Assembly: GCA_977020255.1 (NCBI GenBank)
Contig: CDROCS010002814.1
Coordinates: forward strand, 1-64,000
From: Obrimoposthia wandeli
Taxonomy: Eukaryota
Reading direction: 5' to 3'
DNA: 64,000 bases
In this document: piece after piece, positions 51,481 to 61,426 of the stretch
Position numbering within the stretch: the first letter of the stretch is position 1
Layout: every line of letters begins with the position of its first letter
Notes under the pieces: model-generated
Database searches by the model: none
The model's input: the letters and a program-made list of their open reading frames with translations, nothing else
Told to the model about the DNA's origin: nothing
Position numbers and translations under genes: made by a program

Positions 51481-51801
51481 GAATTATCCTCAAAAAATAA
51501 TATTGTTATTATTGTTATTATATGAATTTTAAAAAATCGTTAACAAATATAGGATAATAAACAGTGTAAAATGAAAATCCACATGTTTACCATATACTTA
51601 TAAATGTAGTGGCGAAGATATTAGTGTTTTTTATTTCATTTGTCCATTATTCAAATTAAGAGTATGGTGCGCACTTAAGTATCGTTAACATGCCTCTAAT
51701 TATAACGACCTTTTTGCTACTGGCCAATATCAAAAAATTAAATTCAACTTTAAGCACACATCGCTTTCGTACGCCTACTTAGATGAGAGATTTAAAATTT
51801 A

Positions 51802-53157
51802 ATGCTACAACAGAAATTTATAACTGAGCTATCAAAAACAATTGCACTTGCCTGGCCTTTGGTTGTGGCGCAGCTTGCGGTGATTGCGATAAATACCACA
51901 GATGTCATTATGATGGGCTGGTTGGGTCCGCAGTATTTAGCGGCAGGCACATTATCAACCGCTATTATACACCCTGTGTTATTAGCAGGGCTTGGTTTAC
52001 TCAGTGTAGTGACACCGCTAGTTGCGCAAAATTTAGCTTCAAGGAACTATAAAGAGGTAAGGCGCACAACGCGTCAAGGTTTATGGCTGGCGCTGATGAT
52101 GAGTGCCTTGAGCGTACCTGTATTGATCAATATGGAGTTCTTAATCACGCTACTTGGCCTTGATACTGAGGTTGCAAAGCTTGCGCAAAATTACATTGAT
52201 ACCGCGATTTGGTATTTAATTCCGGTCTTTCTGTTTTTTGTACTCAGAAATTTAGTTTCTGCTCACAGCGATACTAAGTTCATTCTCAATATTACTTTAG
52301 TGGCAATCGCGCTGAATGCATTGGGTAATTATGCGTTAATGTTTGGAAATTTTGGTTTCCCTGAAATGCGATTACGCGGTGCAGGTATTAGTACTACAAT
52401 TGTTAATAGTTTTATGTTCTTGGCACTTTTAGCCTATGTATTACGACATCCTCGATACAAACGTTATTATATTTTAGTACGTTTATATAAACCGGATTGG
52501 AGTATCTTTACTAAGATTTTAAGAATAGGTTCTCCAGTCGCTTTAATGATTGCGTCAGAAAGTGGCTTGTTTTCTGTGGCAGCAATATTTATAGGCTGGT
52601 TGAGTACCTCAGAACTGGCGGGTCACGCGGTAGCACTGCAAATAACCGCTATCGCCTTTATGATCCCCTTAGGTTTATCGCATGCAACGACTATTCGAGT
52701 CGGTTATGGGTATGGTAAGCAAGATGCATTCGAATTGGCGTTAGCTGGATGGGTATCAATCGCTTTAGCGATTAGTTGCATGGTTGTTACTTTGTTAATT
52801 TTTTATATCTTCCCTGAATTCTTAATTCATATGTTTTTGGATCCTGCCATTGAAGCTAATGCACCTGCGATAGGTTTTGCACTGAGTTATTTATTAGTCG
52901 TAACGTTATTCCAAGTGGCCGATGGCGGTCAAGTAGTTGCGGCCGCCGCATTGCGCGGTATTAATGATACGAAAGTGCCTATGTATGTCGCTATTGTGGG
53001 TTATTGGATTGTCGGTTTGCCCGTGGGTTACTTGCTTGGATTTAACTTTGGTCTTCGCGGTGTTGGAGTATGGTTAGGCTTGGCAGCAGGATTAATTTTT
53101 GTGGCTATAGTGCTGATTTATCGTTTTTGGTCCTTAAGTCGAAAAGTGAAATTTTAG
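51802..53157 (+). CDS. MATE family efflux transporter (NorM-like)
   Basis: LAWPLVVAQ, DVIMMG, GAGIST, ELAGH, FMIPLG, FQVADG and LRGIND. Confidence 0.93.
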   Translation: MLQQKFITELSKTIALAWPLVVAQLAVIAINTTDVIMMGWLGPQYLAAGTLSTAIIHPVLLAGLGLLSVVTPLVAQNLASRNYKEVRRTTRQGLWLALMMSALSVPVLINMEFLITLLGLDTEVAKLAQNYIDTAIWYLIPVFLFFVLRNLVSAHSDTKFILNITLVAIALNALGNYALMFGNFGFPEMRLRGAGISTTIVNSFMFLALLAYVLRHPRYKRYYILVRLYKPDWSIFTKILRIGSPVALMIASESGLFSVAAIFIGWLSTSELAGHAVALQITAIAFMIPLGLSHATTIRVGYGYGKQDAFELALAGWVSIALAISCMVVTLLIFYIFPEFLIHMFLDPAIEANAPAIGFALSYLLVVTLFQVADGGQVVAAAALRGINDTKVPMYVAIVGYWIVGLPVGYLLGFNFGLRGVGVWLGLAAGLIFVAIVLIYRFWSLSRKVKF

Positions 53158-53164
53158 TTAAAGT

Positions 53165-54064
53165 TCAAACTAACGAAGTGGCTTGCTGCGCATTAAATTG
53201 CTGTTGTAGATAGTGTATTAGCCATTGGCTAATCTGTGCATCAGCATCATTTCGACGCTTGATAATAGAGATGGTTGATGCAGGTAGTACTTTAAACTCT
53301 TTTACCGATAATGATTTTAAGCCACAGCTGTATATTTTGAGTTGAGCTATATTTAACGGGATAATCGCCCAACCACCACCTTGTATCACCAGTGGCACAA
53401 TGTAGAAATAGCTATCAAGAAACCAATAATCAGCGCTAAGAGGTTGGTTATAGGGCTTGCCTTGTTTGCTGCAGTACACGTATTGGCGATGTTGTTGTAA
53501 ATCTGTGATGCTTATTTGTTTTAACTTAGCTAAAGGATGCTCTGGTGAGCACATTAGTACGTAGTCTAATCGGCCTATATCGATAGCGTATACGTCTTCG
53601 CTGATGGGGTTGTTCTGTACTAATAAACCTAAATCGGCTTGTTTATTTCTCACATAATCAATGATATCTCCCTGGCTGCCATTAATAAGAGTGAGCCTGA
53701 AATCAGGGAAGTTTCGTTCTATATTGAACAATGCTTGGCCTAGCGCTTGTTCAGGAAAAACTTCATCCATGGCTAGCGTTAACTCGAACTTTTGATCACT
53801 AACCAGTGTATTGATCCTTGCATCTAAATTAGAGCATTGTTGTAGCAGGTTATAAGCCTGCGGATATAGACTGCGACCTTTTTCAGTTAGCACAGGGTAA
53901 CGCTGGCTGCGATTAAATAATTCAAAACCTATATCTGTCTCTAAATTGGCTATTGCCGTACTAATACCTGACTGAGCTTTACCTAGCATTCTAGCGGCCG
54001 CAGAAAACGAGCCACTTTGTACTGTTGTAACAAAAGCTTGTAATTGATCTAAGTTCCAGCGCAT
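53165..54064 (-). CDS. LysR family transcriptional regulator
   Basis: LDQLQAFVTTVQSGSFSAAARMLGKAQSGISTAIANLE. Confidence 0.94.
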   Translation of the reverse strand: MRWNLDQLQAFVTTVQSGSFSAAARMLGKAQSGISTAIANLETDIGFELFNRSQRYPVLTEKGRSLYPQAYNLLQQCSNLDARINTLVSDQKFELTLAMDEVFPEQALGQALFNIERNFPDFRLTLINGSQGDIIDYVRNKQADLGLLVQNNPISEDVYAIDIGRLDYVLMCSPEHPLAKLKQISITDLQQHRQYVYCSKQGKPYNQPLSADYWFLDSYFYIVPLVIQGGGWAIIPLNIAQLKIYSCGLKSLSVKEFKVLPASTISIIKRRNDADAQISQWLIHYLQQQFNAQQATSLV

Positions 54065-54161
54065 ACATAATCCATCTGATATTCGTATGGTATCTAATTT
54101 TATCTATCTGTATAAGAACTATACCATGCTTTAATTGTTGGCATGAAATATTTAGCTAGTG

Positions 54162-54315
54162 TCATTGCTGTCCGGTTAAAAAGTGTAAGCTCTTTACTCG
54201 TTAATTTGTGGTTTTCTAGCATCGTAAATTGGATAGTTTTCAGCCGAATAATACTTGTGGTTAACGTAAAATAAATGAGTTAAAGAACAACAAAAATCAA
54301 ACCGGACACTAATGA
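54162..54315 (+). mobile_element. MITE-like repeat, copy D (154 bp)
   Basis: TCATTGCTGTCCGGTT ... AACCGGACACTAATGA, flanked by GCTAGTG / GTTAGTG. Confidence 0.85.
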
Positions 54316-54387
54316 GTTAGTGTTTTATTTATGTCTTTAAATTAACCCAGAACCTAAATATATGAAGCGAAGAGTGGATAGTAATAC

Positions 54388-55743
54388 ATGCAGACACAAC
54401 AGCCTCAATCTAGTGTAACAAAGCTATTTATCAGTCATGTCATGACAGCAATAATAGCGGTGATGATAAGTGGTATTTATGTCATCACTGACGGCATGTT
54501 TGTAGGCCACTATTTAGGTAAAGATGGCTTAGCAGCCGTCGGCATTGCTTATCCTGTCTTTATGATATTACCAGGCATTGGGCTGATGCTAGGGATAGGC
54601 GGCGGGGCGCTTATTTCAATTCACCGCGGGGCAAGCAATGTCGCAGCAAGTAATATTACCTTAACGACTAGCTTGACGTTGATTGTGTTGCTGTCATGTA
54701 TTAGCTTTTTCTTTTTGCAGTTGTTTAGTGACTTTTTATTACGCATGCAAAGTGTCGATTTACAGATACTGATTATGGGTAAAGAGTATTTAGCCGTATA
54801 CACATACGGGGCCTTGCTAGTTGTCGCCTCTAGCGCTCTCACGCTATTTATACGCAATGATAATAGCCCAAATATTGCAATGTTCATTATGGTTACAGGT
54901 GCGATACTAAATATTTTTTTCAACTATTTGTTATTAGGTGCTTTCTCGCTTGGTATTGCAGGGGCAGCTTACGCATCTGTGATTTCAATGACCGTTGTTT
55001 GTTTGTGCTGCGTTGGTTATTATTATTCGTCAATTTGTTCTTCTTTTATTAAATTTGATCGCTATAAATTCGATCGAGCACTAGCCTGCAATATTTTACT
55101 AACGGGAAGTTCGGTGTTAGCGATGTATTTATATTCCGGTTTTGTCATGGCGGTGCATAATAAGCTCTTTTCACAATATGGAAATAGTGGCAGTTTAAGC
55201 GCTTTTTCAATAGTGGGATATCTCATGGCAATTTATTACATGCTTGCAGAAGGTATTGGTAATGGAGTGCAACCATTAATAAGTTTTTTCCATGGTAAAA
55301 AAGACAGCTTGAGAAAACGCCAATTATTAAATGTATCTATCATCGTTGTCGCGCTATTGGGCATGTGCTATTACATGCTACTAAATATGTATTCATCATT
55401 CTTTATCAATCTATTTAATAGTGATATTGATGTCGTTACAAAAGCGACTACTGGATTGAACTATCATTTAATGGCTATGTTTCTGGAAGGCATAATCATT
55501 ATCGCGAGTGTGTATTTTTCTGCTATTCAAAGAGGTGCTACAGCCTTATTTATTGCTATTACAAACATGCTTGTGCAATTACCGCTGCTCTATTATCTTC
55601 CGAAAATATGGGGAGAGTTTGGTGTGTGGCTAGCATTACCTATCTCAAATGTAGTGATGATACTGCTAATAACTCCTTTGTTATATAAGGCTGTGATGGG
55701 TAAATATCATCACTGTAATGCCCAAATTAATTCATATAATTAG
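54388..55743 (+). CDS. MATE family efflux transporter
   Basis: DGMFVGHYLG, LAAVGIAYP, IRNDNSP, GIAGAA, GVQPLISF and GVWLALP. Divergent from the LysR. Confidence 0.92.
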   Translation: MQTQQPQSSVTKLFISHVMTAIIAVMISGIYVITDGMFVGHYLGKDGLAAVGIAYPVFMILPGIGLMLGIGGGALISIHRGASNVAASNITLTTSLTLIVLLSCISFFFLQLFSDFLLRMQSVDLQILIMGKEYLAVYTYGALLVVASSALTLFIRNDNSPNIAMFIMVTGAILNIFFNYLLLGAFSLGIAGAAYASVISMTVVCLCCVGYYYSSICSSFIKFDRYKFDRALACNILLTGSSVLAMYLYSGFVMAVHNKLFSQYGNSGSLSAFSIVGYLMAIYYMLAEGIGNGVQPLISFFHGKKDSLRKRQLLNVSIIVVALLGMCYYMLLNMYSSFFINLFNSDIDVVTKATTGLNYHLMAMFLEGIIIIASVYFSAIQRGATALFIAITNMLVQLPLLYYLPKIWGEFGVWLALPISNVVMILLITPLLYKAVMGKYHHCNAQINSYN

Positions 55744-55845
55744 TTAGCAGATAGCTGTATGTGTTTAAAATAATTATAAAACTTTATATTTCAAAACCAA
55801 TATATACAATGTGCATAATTGTTTGATTTAATCTAGGGGAATAGA

Positions 55846-56580
55846 GTGTTAACGCCTGAAGTTTTTTTATTGAGCTTTATAGTTTTGTTTGCGGGAGTAG
55901 TGCGTGGCTGCATTGGGTTTGGTTTCTCTGCTTTAGTTGTGGCCAGTGGAACACTTTTTATAGCGCCCTCTATAATCGTGCCTATGGTTGTCATCCTAGA
56001 AATAGTTGCCAGTCTTCATATGGCAGCTAGTACTTGGCGTCAGGCGGCAATGAAGCCGTTAGCTTACTTACTAATAGGTGCTGCCATAGCAACGCCATTG
56101 GGTGTTATGGCTTTGGTCGCTTTACCCGCGCAAGATATCAGATTACTACTCAGCGGTTTAATTTTACTGATGAGCCTGTTACTACTTTCGGGTTGGCAAT
56201 ATAAAGGGCGAGTTAATATCTTCAGCTATTTTATAATGGGCCTTTTTTCAGGGGTATGTAATGGTGCAGCGGCCGTAGGTGGATTGCCAGTGGCTGTTTT
56301 CTTGGCTTCTATGAGGTTAAGTATGGCGCAATTAAGAGCGACCTTAGTACTGTTCTTCTTAGCAACAGAAGTGGTTTTTATTGTCAGTGCATTGGGTCAT
56401 GACTTATATAATAAATCACTTTTTATTCAAAGTGCTATGATGATAGTGCCGATGACGTTAGGCATTCACTACGGTAGTCGATTGTTTAAAAAGCTCAATG
56501 AAAAGACTTTGAAAAGAGCGGTGATCGGGCTCTTATTTCTGCTATCTAGTGGGGGGTTAGTGAAAGGGTTGATTTTATAG
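55846..56580 (+). CDS. TauE/SafE (TSUP) family membrane exporter
   Basis: FAGVVRGCIGFGFS, GVCNGAAAVGGLP, about 8 TM helices. Confidence 0.88.
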   Translation: MLTPEVFLLSFIVLFAGVVRGCIGFGFSALVVASGTLFIAPSIIVPMVVILEIVASLHMAASTWRQAAMKPLAYLLIGAAIATPLGVMALVALPAQDIRLLLSGLILLMSLLLLSGWQYKGRVNIFSYFIMGLFSGVCNGAAAVGGLPVAVFLASMRLSMAQLRATLVLFFLATEVVFIVSALGHDLYNKSLFIQSAMMIVPMTLGIHYGSRLFKKLNEKTLKRAVIGLLFLLSSGGLVKGLIL

Positions 56581-56931
56581 ATCGAGTACTAAGCCTTCTT
56601 ACCCATATGTTTCAAGCAGTTTTAGGCGCTTATTTTATATAAGTGTAGTATTGACAGTTACTCTGCTAATAAATGTTAACAATTTTCTTGGCTTAAACCA
56701 AAACACTGCTAAGTATCGAGTTAGATGCCTCGAGCTTATTGAATGGCTGGTAGATGTAGGAGCTAGGCATTGTTGCCTAAAAACATGCCAGTAAATATGC
56801 AACAAATTAGCCACTATGGGAACTAGATACTTACCAATGAATTCGTGTAAGTTTTCTGGAAAGACTCTTACTGTTTTCAACATTATCATGCATATAGATG
56901 TAATAATATCCTATTATAAGGTCTTTAAATA

Positions 56932-57996
56932 ATGGTTACGGTTAATGTTATGGTTGACAAGAACAGCGGGTATAAAAAAAACAGCTACAGGAAAAACAGG
57001 GCGATTAAGTTTTGTATTACTTTATGGCTGAGTTGTTTTTTTAGTGTCAGTGTTAGTGCACAAAAACAGGTGCTCACATTAGGTACCGGTGGTGTGACAG
57101 GTGTTTATTACCCGACAGGTGGTGGGGTGTGTCGCATAGTCAATAAGTTAAGAGCAGAGCATGGTATACGGTGTGTTTTGCAGGCGACTAACGGCTCGGT
57201 TGCTAATATCATAAGAGTATTAGATAACAGCCTTGATATGGGTATTGCGCAGTCTAATTGGCTATATAATATTTACAATAATGATCAGTTAATTGATGAA
57301 GCCTATAAAAATCAGCCTCATAATGAAAGAAAAGAAGCCCTCAATAATCGATCTCTTAGAACCCTGCTCGTTTTATATCCTGAATACTTTACTGTCATAG
57401 TGCCTAAAAATTCGACGATAAAACGCTTTGATGACATTAAAGGTAAGCGTATTAGCATGGGCACAGAAGGTTCTAGTTTGCGCGCAACTATGAATGATTT
57501 ACTGGTAAAGAAGCAATGGCGTAAAAGTGATTTTTCCCAAGTGCTCAGCCTAGGTGCAGCAGAGCAGGCCAGTGCTTTGTGTGATGGGCGAATTGATGTC
57601 ATGATTTATACTGTAGGCCATCCTTCAGGCGCCGCTAGAGAAGCCACGCAAGATTGCGATAGCCGATTGATACCTATGCACGGTCCTGCGATAGAACGGT
57701 TACTTGCAGAAAATTCGTATTATCGATGGGCAAAAATTCCAGGGGCTATCTATAAAGGTAATATAAAATCAGTTCCCACTTTTGGGGTAAACGCGACATT
57801 GTTCGCAAGTACGAAATTATCAGAAGAAGCCGCTTATTCAATTGTAAAAACGACTTTGGAAAAGCTCAATGAATTCCGCAGTTTGCATCCCGCATTTGCC
57901 AGGTTAGACCCAGAACAAATGGTTAAAGGGCCTTATGCCGCCCCGCTGCATAAAGGAGCCCTTAGATACTTTAAAGAGATAGGTTTAATCGAATGA
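56932..57996 (+). CDS. TAXI family TRAP solute-binding protein (paralog 1)
   Basis: LGTGGVTGVYY, TNGSVAN, IAQS, ALCDGRID, VGHP, LHPAF and PLHKGA. The true start may lie a few codons downstream. Confidence 0.9.
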   Translation: MVTVNVMVDKNSGYKKNSYRKNRAIKFCITLWLSCFFSVSVSAQKQVLTLGTGGVTGVYYPTGGGVCRIVNKLRAEHGIRCVLQATNGSVANIIRVLDNSLDMGIAQSNWLYNIYNNDQLIDEAYKNQPHNERKEALNNRSLRTLLVLYPEYFTVIVPKNSTIKRFDDIKGKRISMGTEGSSLRATMNDLLVKKQWRKSDFSQVLSLGAAEQASALCDGRIDVMIYTVGHPSGAAREATQDCDSRLIPMHGPAIERLLAENSYYRWAKIPGAIYKGNIKSVPTFGVNATLFASTKLSEEAAYSIVKTTLEKLNEFRSLHPAFARLDPEQMVKGPYAAPLHKGALRYFKEIGLIE

Positions 57997-58022
57997 CAAA
58001 AATAGCAAAGTGGTGAGATTTG

Positions 58023-59582
58023 TTATGCATCAGATTGTTGTAACACTATTTGAAAATGCGCCCCTTGATCAGACTTAAGGCAAGCAATAGTGCCCTTTAA
58101 CAGCTGAGTAACAATGTTATAGCTAATATGCATGCCTAAACCGGTGCAGCCAATACTGCGTTTGCTGGTGGAAAATGGCTCAAAGACATTATTAAGCCAT
58201 TCACTGTCTAGTCCAACACCATCATCTGAATAATTAATGATTATTCTGTCATCTTCACAAGTTACCTCAATAGCAATTTGAACAGCGTCCCCTTGTGATG
58301 CGGGCGCGTGTATCAAAGAGTTAATGATAAGGTTATTAAATATTTGATAGTAGCTTCCTGGATAGCTGTTTAAAGCTAATGATGGCGGGCATTTAACTGA
58401 TACTTGAGTGCCACTATTGCGTAATTTGGGTTTTAATGAGAGCAAAATTTCTTGTAAATAATTAGCTAGATTAAATAAGCGCTTTTTCTCATGAGTTTGA
58501 TCAACCGAAACTTGCTTAAATGCCGTGACTAAGCTGGCTGCTCGTTCAAGGTTTTTACAAATCATTTGGCTACTTTCAATGGCGATATCAGCAAGCTCTC
58601 CTTGGTGTTTTGTCGCTTGTTGTTCAAGGTAAGAAGCGGCGGTATAGCCTATGCCAATAGGTGTGCTGATTTCATGGGCAACCCCCGCCACTAAATTACC
58701 TAATGACGCCATTTTCTTTGATTGAATGAGCTGTGTTTGCGTTTGTTTTAAGTTTTCAAGTGTGGCTTGTAGTTCAGTGTTTGCCTGTTGTAACTGTGCG
58801 GTTCTTTGCTCTACTATTAGCTCAAGATTTTCATTTAGGTGTGCAAGTTGCTGCTCGGCCCTTTCGCGTTTTTGTAAATCATCGAGCATGTTAGTACGCA
58901 TGCTATTGAAAGAATCTGTAACATTAGTCAGCTCATCTGGTTTTGCCGGTGTTTTTCTATTCAAAGCCAGTGCTGAAGTTAATCTATTTAAATGCAATGC
59001 TCTTGCATATTTGGCCATGGTGGCTAAATGCTGGGTAACCAAATGATGGAAAATAGATAATATAAACATAGAAACTAAGAATGTTTTAATGCCTTGTGAA
59101 AGTAAGATAACTAAAGCTTTACCCCACAATCTTGCATGCAAGTTCTCTAAGCTAATGATGATGCGAAGTGTGCCTAAATTGTAATTTTTATCATCTTGAG
59201 TGTGTGTTAATTGATAGCTTTTTTCGATAACAGATTTGCTAATTAGCCTGCCGCTGCTGTAGTGCTCTTTAAAAGGTGTGTCAACAGATACAAACTCAAT
59301 ATCTCGTAATTTGTTCATACCTTCTAGTTGTAACTGAATTTGTTCTGGGCTTATTTCCCACAAACTATTTTCTAAGCTCGCAAGAGAGCTTGATTCGATT
59401 TGTGAAATTCCCTCATCAATTGCTTTTCTCTCATACTGATAATCAAAATACAGCTGTGAGCTAGTCGCAAGTAAAGTGATTACTGAGCTACACAGGATGA
59501 TAGAGGCTAACAGTTTGATAGCCAGTGGGTTTTGCTTTTTATAAGCCGCGAAAAAACCACTGAGGTGCATGTATAGCTCCAT
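58023..59582 (-). CDS. Sensor histidine kinase (HAMP; no adjacent response regulator)
   Basis: Two TM helices, HAMP, KMASLGNLVAGVAHEISTPIG, NNLIINSL, DDGVG and GTGLG-like GCTGLGM. Confidence 0.92.
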   Translation of the reverse strand: MELYMHLSGFFAAYKKQNPLAIKLLASIILCSSVITLLATSSQLYFDYQYERKAIDEGISQIESSSLASLENSLWEISPEQIQLQLEGMNKLRDIEFVSVDTPFKEHYSSGRLISKSVIEKSYQLTHTQDDKNYNLGTLRIIISLENLHARLWGKALVILLSQGIKTFLVSMFILSIFHHLVTQHLATMAKYARALHLNRLTSALALNRKTPAKPDELTNVTDSFNSMRTNMLDDLQKRERAEQQLAHLNENLELIVEQRTAQLQQANTELQATLENLKQTQTQLIQSKKMASLGNLVAGVAHEISTPIGIGYTAASYLEQQATKHQGELADIAIESSQMICKNLERAASLVTAFKQVSVDQTHEKKRLFNLANYLQEILLSLKPKLRNSGTQVSVKCPPSLALNSYPGSYYQIFNNLIINSLIHAPASQGDAVQIAIEVTCEDDRIIINYSDDGVGLDSEWLNNVFEPFSTSKRSIGCTGLGMHISYNIVTQLLKGTIACLKSDQGAHFQIVLQQSDA

Positions 59583-60230
59583 AATCGTTAAAGTAAAAAA
59601 GAGATATTACCATGAAGCACTTACTAACCATTCAATAGTAAATGAATTCATGGTTGTTAGACTAAAAATGTCAGTCCTCTAGTGTATTCATTTGTGATTT
59701 CCTAGGTTGGGTTAAGTGGCATTGTTCTGCGAAGTGATCGTCATTACTCCCGTAAAATAAATGCTCTGTGAGCAATATGAATTTACAGGACACTTGAATT
59801 TAATTATTACGGCAAGCGTATTGTTAATGTACTCTGCTTGAAAAGCCCGCAATTAATAATCCAAGCGGCTCGTATTGCTACTCAAGAGGGTAATAAATAA
59901 ACTATCTTTAATTCAAATCAAGACAAAGTATCATTTTGGCACGTAAGGATACATATTTGGCACGTTTGATGTGAAACATAGCACTACAAATAGATATTCT
60001 TATTCCATAATTCATAAAATCTGAATTATTCCTTATGAGTAAACACGATCAAGCGCAGTATTGATCACAAGCTTTTAAGGGTGAGTCGTTAGGCATTGCT
60101 GCCAACCTATAAGGACGTAGGTATTAGTAATGTCCTCGCTTTGTTTGCTTAAGTTTAAAGGATTACGGCCTGAGCAGGCAGAATCTAATAACAGATACTT
60201 AATCTATCAGATAACAATAATAGGGTCTTT

Positions 60231-61232
60231 ATGTCTATCAATAAAAAATCTATCAAAAACCAACTAGCGACAACGCTTTTGTCTTGCAGTGTTGCTATTG
60301 CAGCATCATTTTCAGCCACAGCTTTCGCAGCAGATGAGACTTTTGTCACTATCGGAACCGGCGGTCAAACGGGTGTTTATTATGTAGTGGGTGGTTCTAT
60401 TTGCCGCTTAGTTAATAAGAAAACTAAAGATCACGGTATCAAATGTACGCATACTACAGGTGGCTCGGTAAAGAATATTAATGGTATTCGCTCTGGTAAC
60501 TTAGATATGGGTGTTGCTCAATCTGACGTACAATACAATGCTTATAATGGCACAAATGCAGATCAATTCCCCGATGGTGCTTACAAGGACTTGCGTGCGG
60601 TTTTTTCAGTACACGGCGAGCCTTTCACCGTTGTGGCGCGTAAAGATTCAGGTATCAAGACATTTGATGATCTCAAAGGGAAACGTGTAAACGTTGGTAA
60701 TCCAGGTTCAGGCCAGTTAGCAACAATGAAAGTGTTGATGGCTAAGAAAGGCTGGACAATGGATGATTTCAAATTAGCTTCACAATTGAAATCATCTGAG
60801 CAAGCTCAAGCGCTATGTGATAACAATGTTGATGCAATTATCTTTACAGCAGGACATCCAAACGGTTCTATTAAAGAAGCAAGTACTTCTTGTGATGTGA
60901 AGCTTATCAGTGTTCAAGGTCCGGTTATCGATAAGTTAATTTCCGATAATGCATATTATGCAAAAGCGACTATCCCAGCTGGAATGTACAACGGTACTGA
61001 TGAAGATATTACTACCTTTGGTGTAGGAGCTACATTTGTAAGCTCAACGGCTACAAGTGAAGCGACTATGTACGAAATCGTTAAATCTGTTTTCGGCAAC
61101 TTCAAGCGTTTCAAGAAGTTACACCCTGCGTTTAAAGGTCTGAAAAAAGAAGATATGGTTGTTAACAACCTATCTGCTCCGTTACATGATGGTGCGGTTA
61201 AGTACTTTAAAGAAGCTGGTTTAATTAAGTAA
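60231..61232 (+). CDS. TAXI family TRAP solute-binding protein (paralog 2)
   Basis: Signal peptide, IGTGGQTGVYY, GGSVKN, AQSD, VGNPGSG, GHP, LHPAF and PLHDGA. Confidence 0.95.
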   Translation: MSINKKSIKNQLATTLLSCSVAIAASFSATAFAADETFVTIGTGGQTGVYYVVGGSICRLVNKKTKDHGIKCTHTTGGSVKNINGIRSGNLDMGVAQSDVQYNAYNGTNADQFPDGAYKDLRAVFSVHGEPFTVVARKDSGIKTFDDLKGKRVNVGNPGSGQLATMKVLMAKKGWTMDDFKLASQLKSSEQAQALCDNNVDAIIFTAGHPNGSIKEASTSCDVKLISVQGPVIDKLISDNAYYAKATIPAGMYNGTDEDITTFGVGATFVSSTATSEATMYEIVKSVFGNFKRFKKLHPAFKGLKKEDMVVNNLSAPLHDGAVKYFKEAGLIK

Positions 61233-61246
61233 TAGCTTTTTAAGTT

Positions 61247-61270
61247 GGGCGGCGCTTAGCCGTCCATTTC
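61247..61270 (+). terminator. Intercistronic hairpin (terminator or mRNA stabiliser)
   Basis: GGGCGGC-GCTTA-GCCGTCC followed by ATTTC, between the SBP and the permease. Confidence 0.55.
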
Positions 61271-61426
61271 TAAATCGTCTATTTCTAAAATATAGCGATA
61301 CACGGTTTTACTTAGTTAATTTCAACTTTAGAAAAAGAATTGCTGTTGATTTAAGAAAAACCAAGTTCATTGATGTGATTTCTTTGGTATACAGCAATTT
61401 TTATAGCATGTAACTGAGGATCTTTC

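Noticed and set aside
21165-54315. CRISPR array or integron attC interpretation of the repeats
   Set aside because: Copies are dispersed rather than regularly spaced, ~154 bp long, lack GTTRRRY/RYYYAAC ends, and no cas or intI gene is present.
56635-56889. 84-aa minus-strand ORF between TauE and TAXI
   Set aside because: No motif, atypical composition, and it occupies the expected TAXI promoter region.
60046-60066. FNR site (GATCAA...TTGATC)
   Set aside because: The half-sites are in the wrong orientation and spacing for TTGAT-N4-ATCAA.
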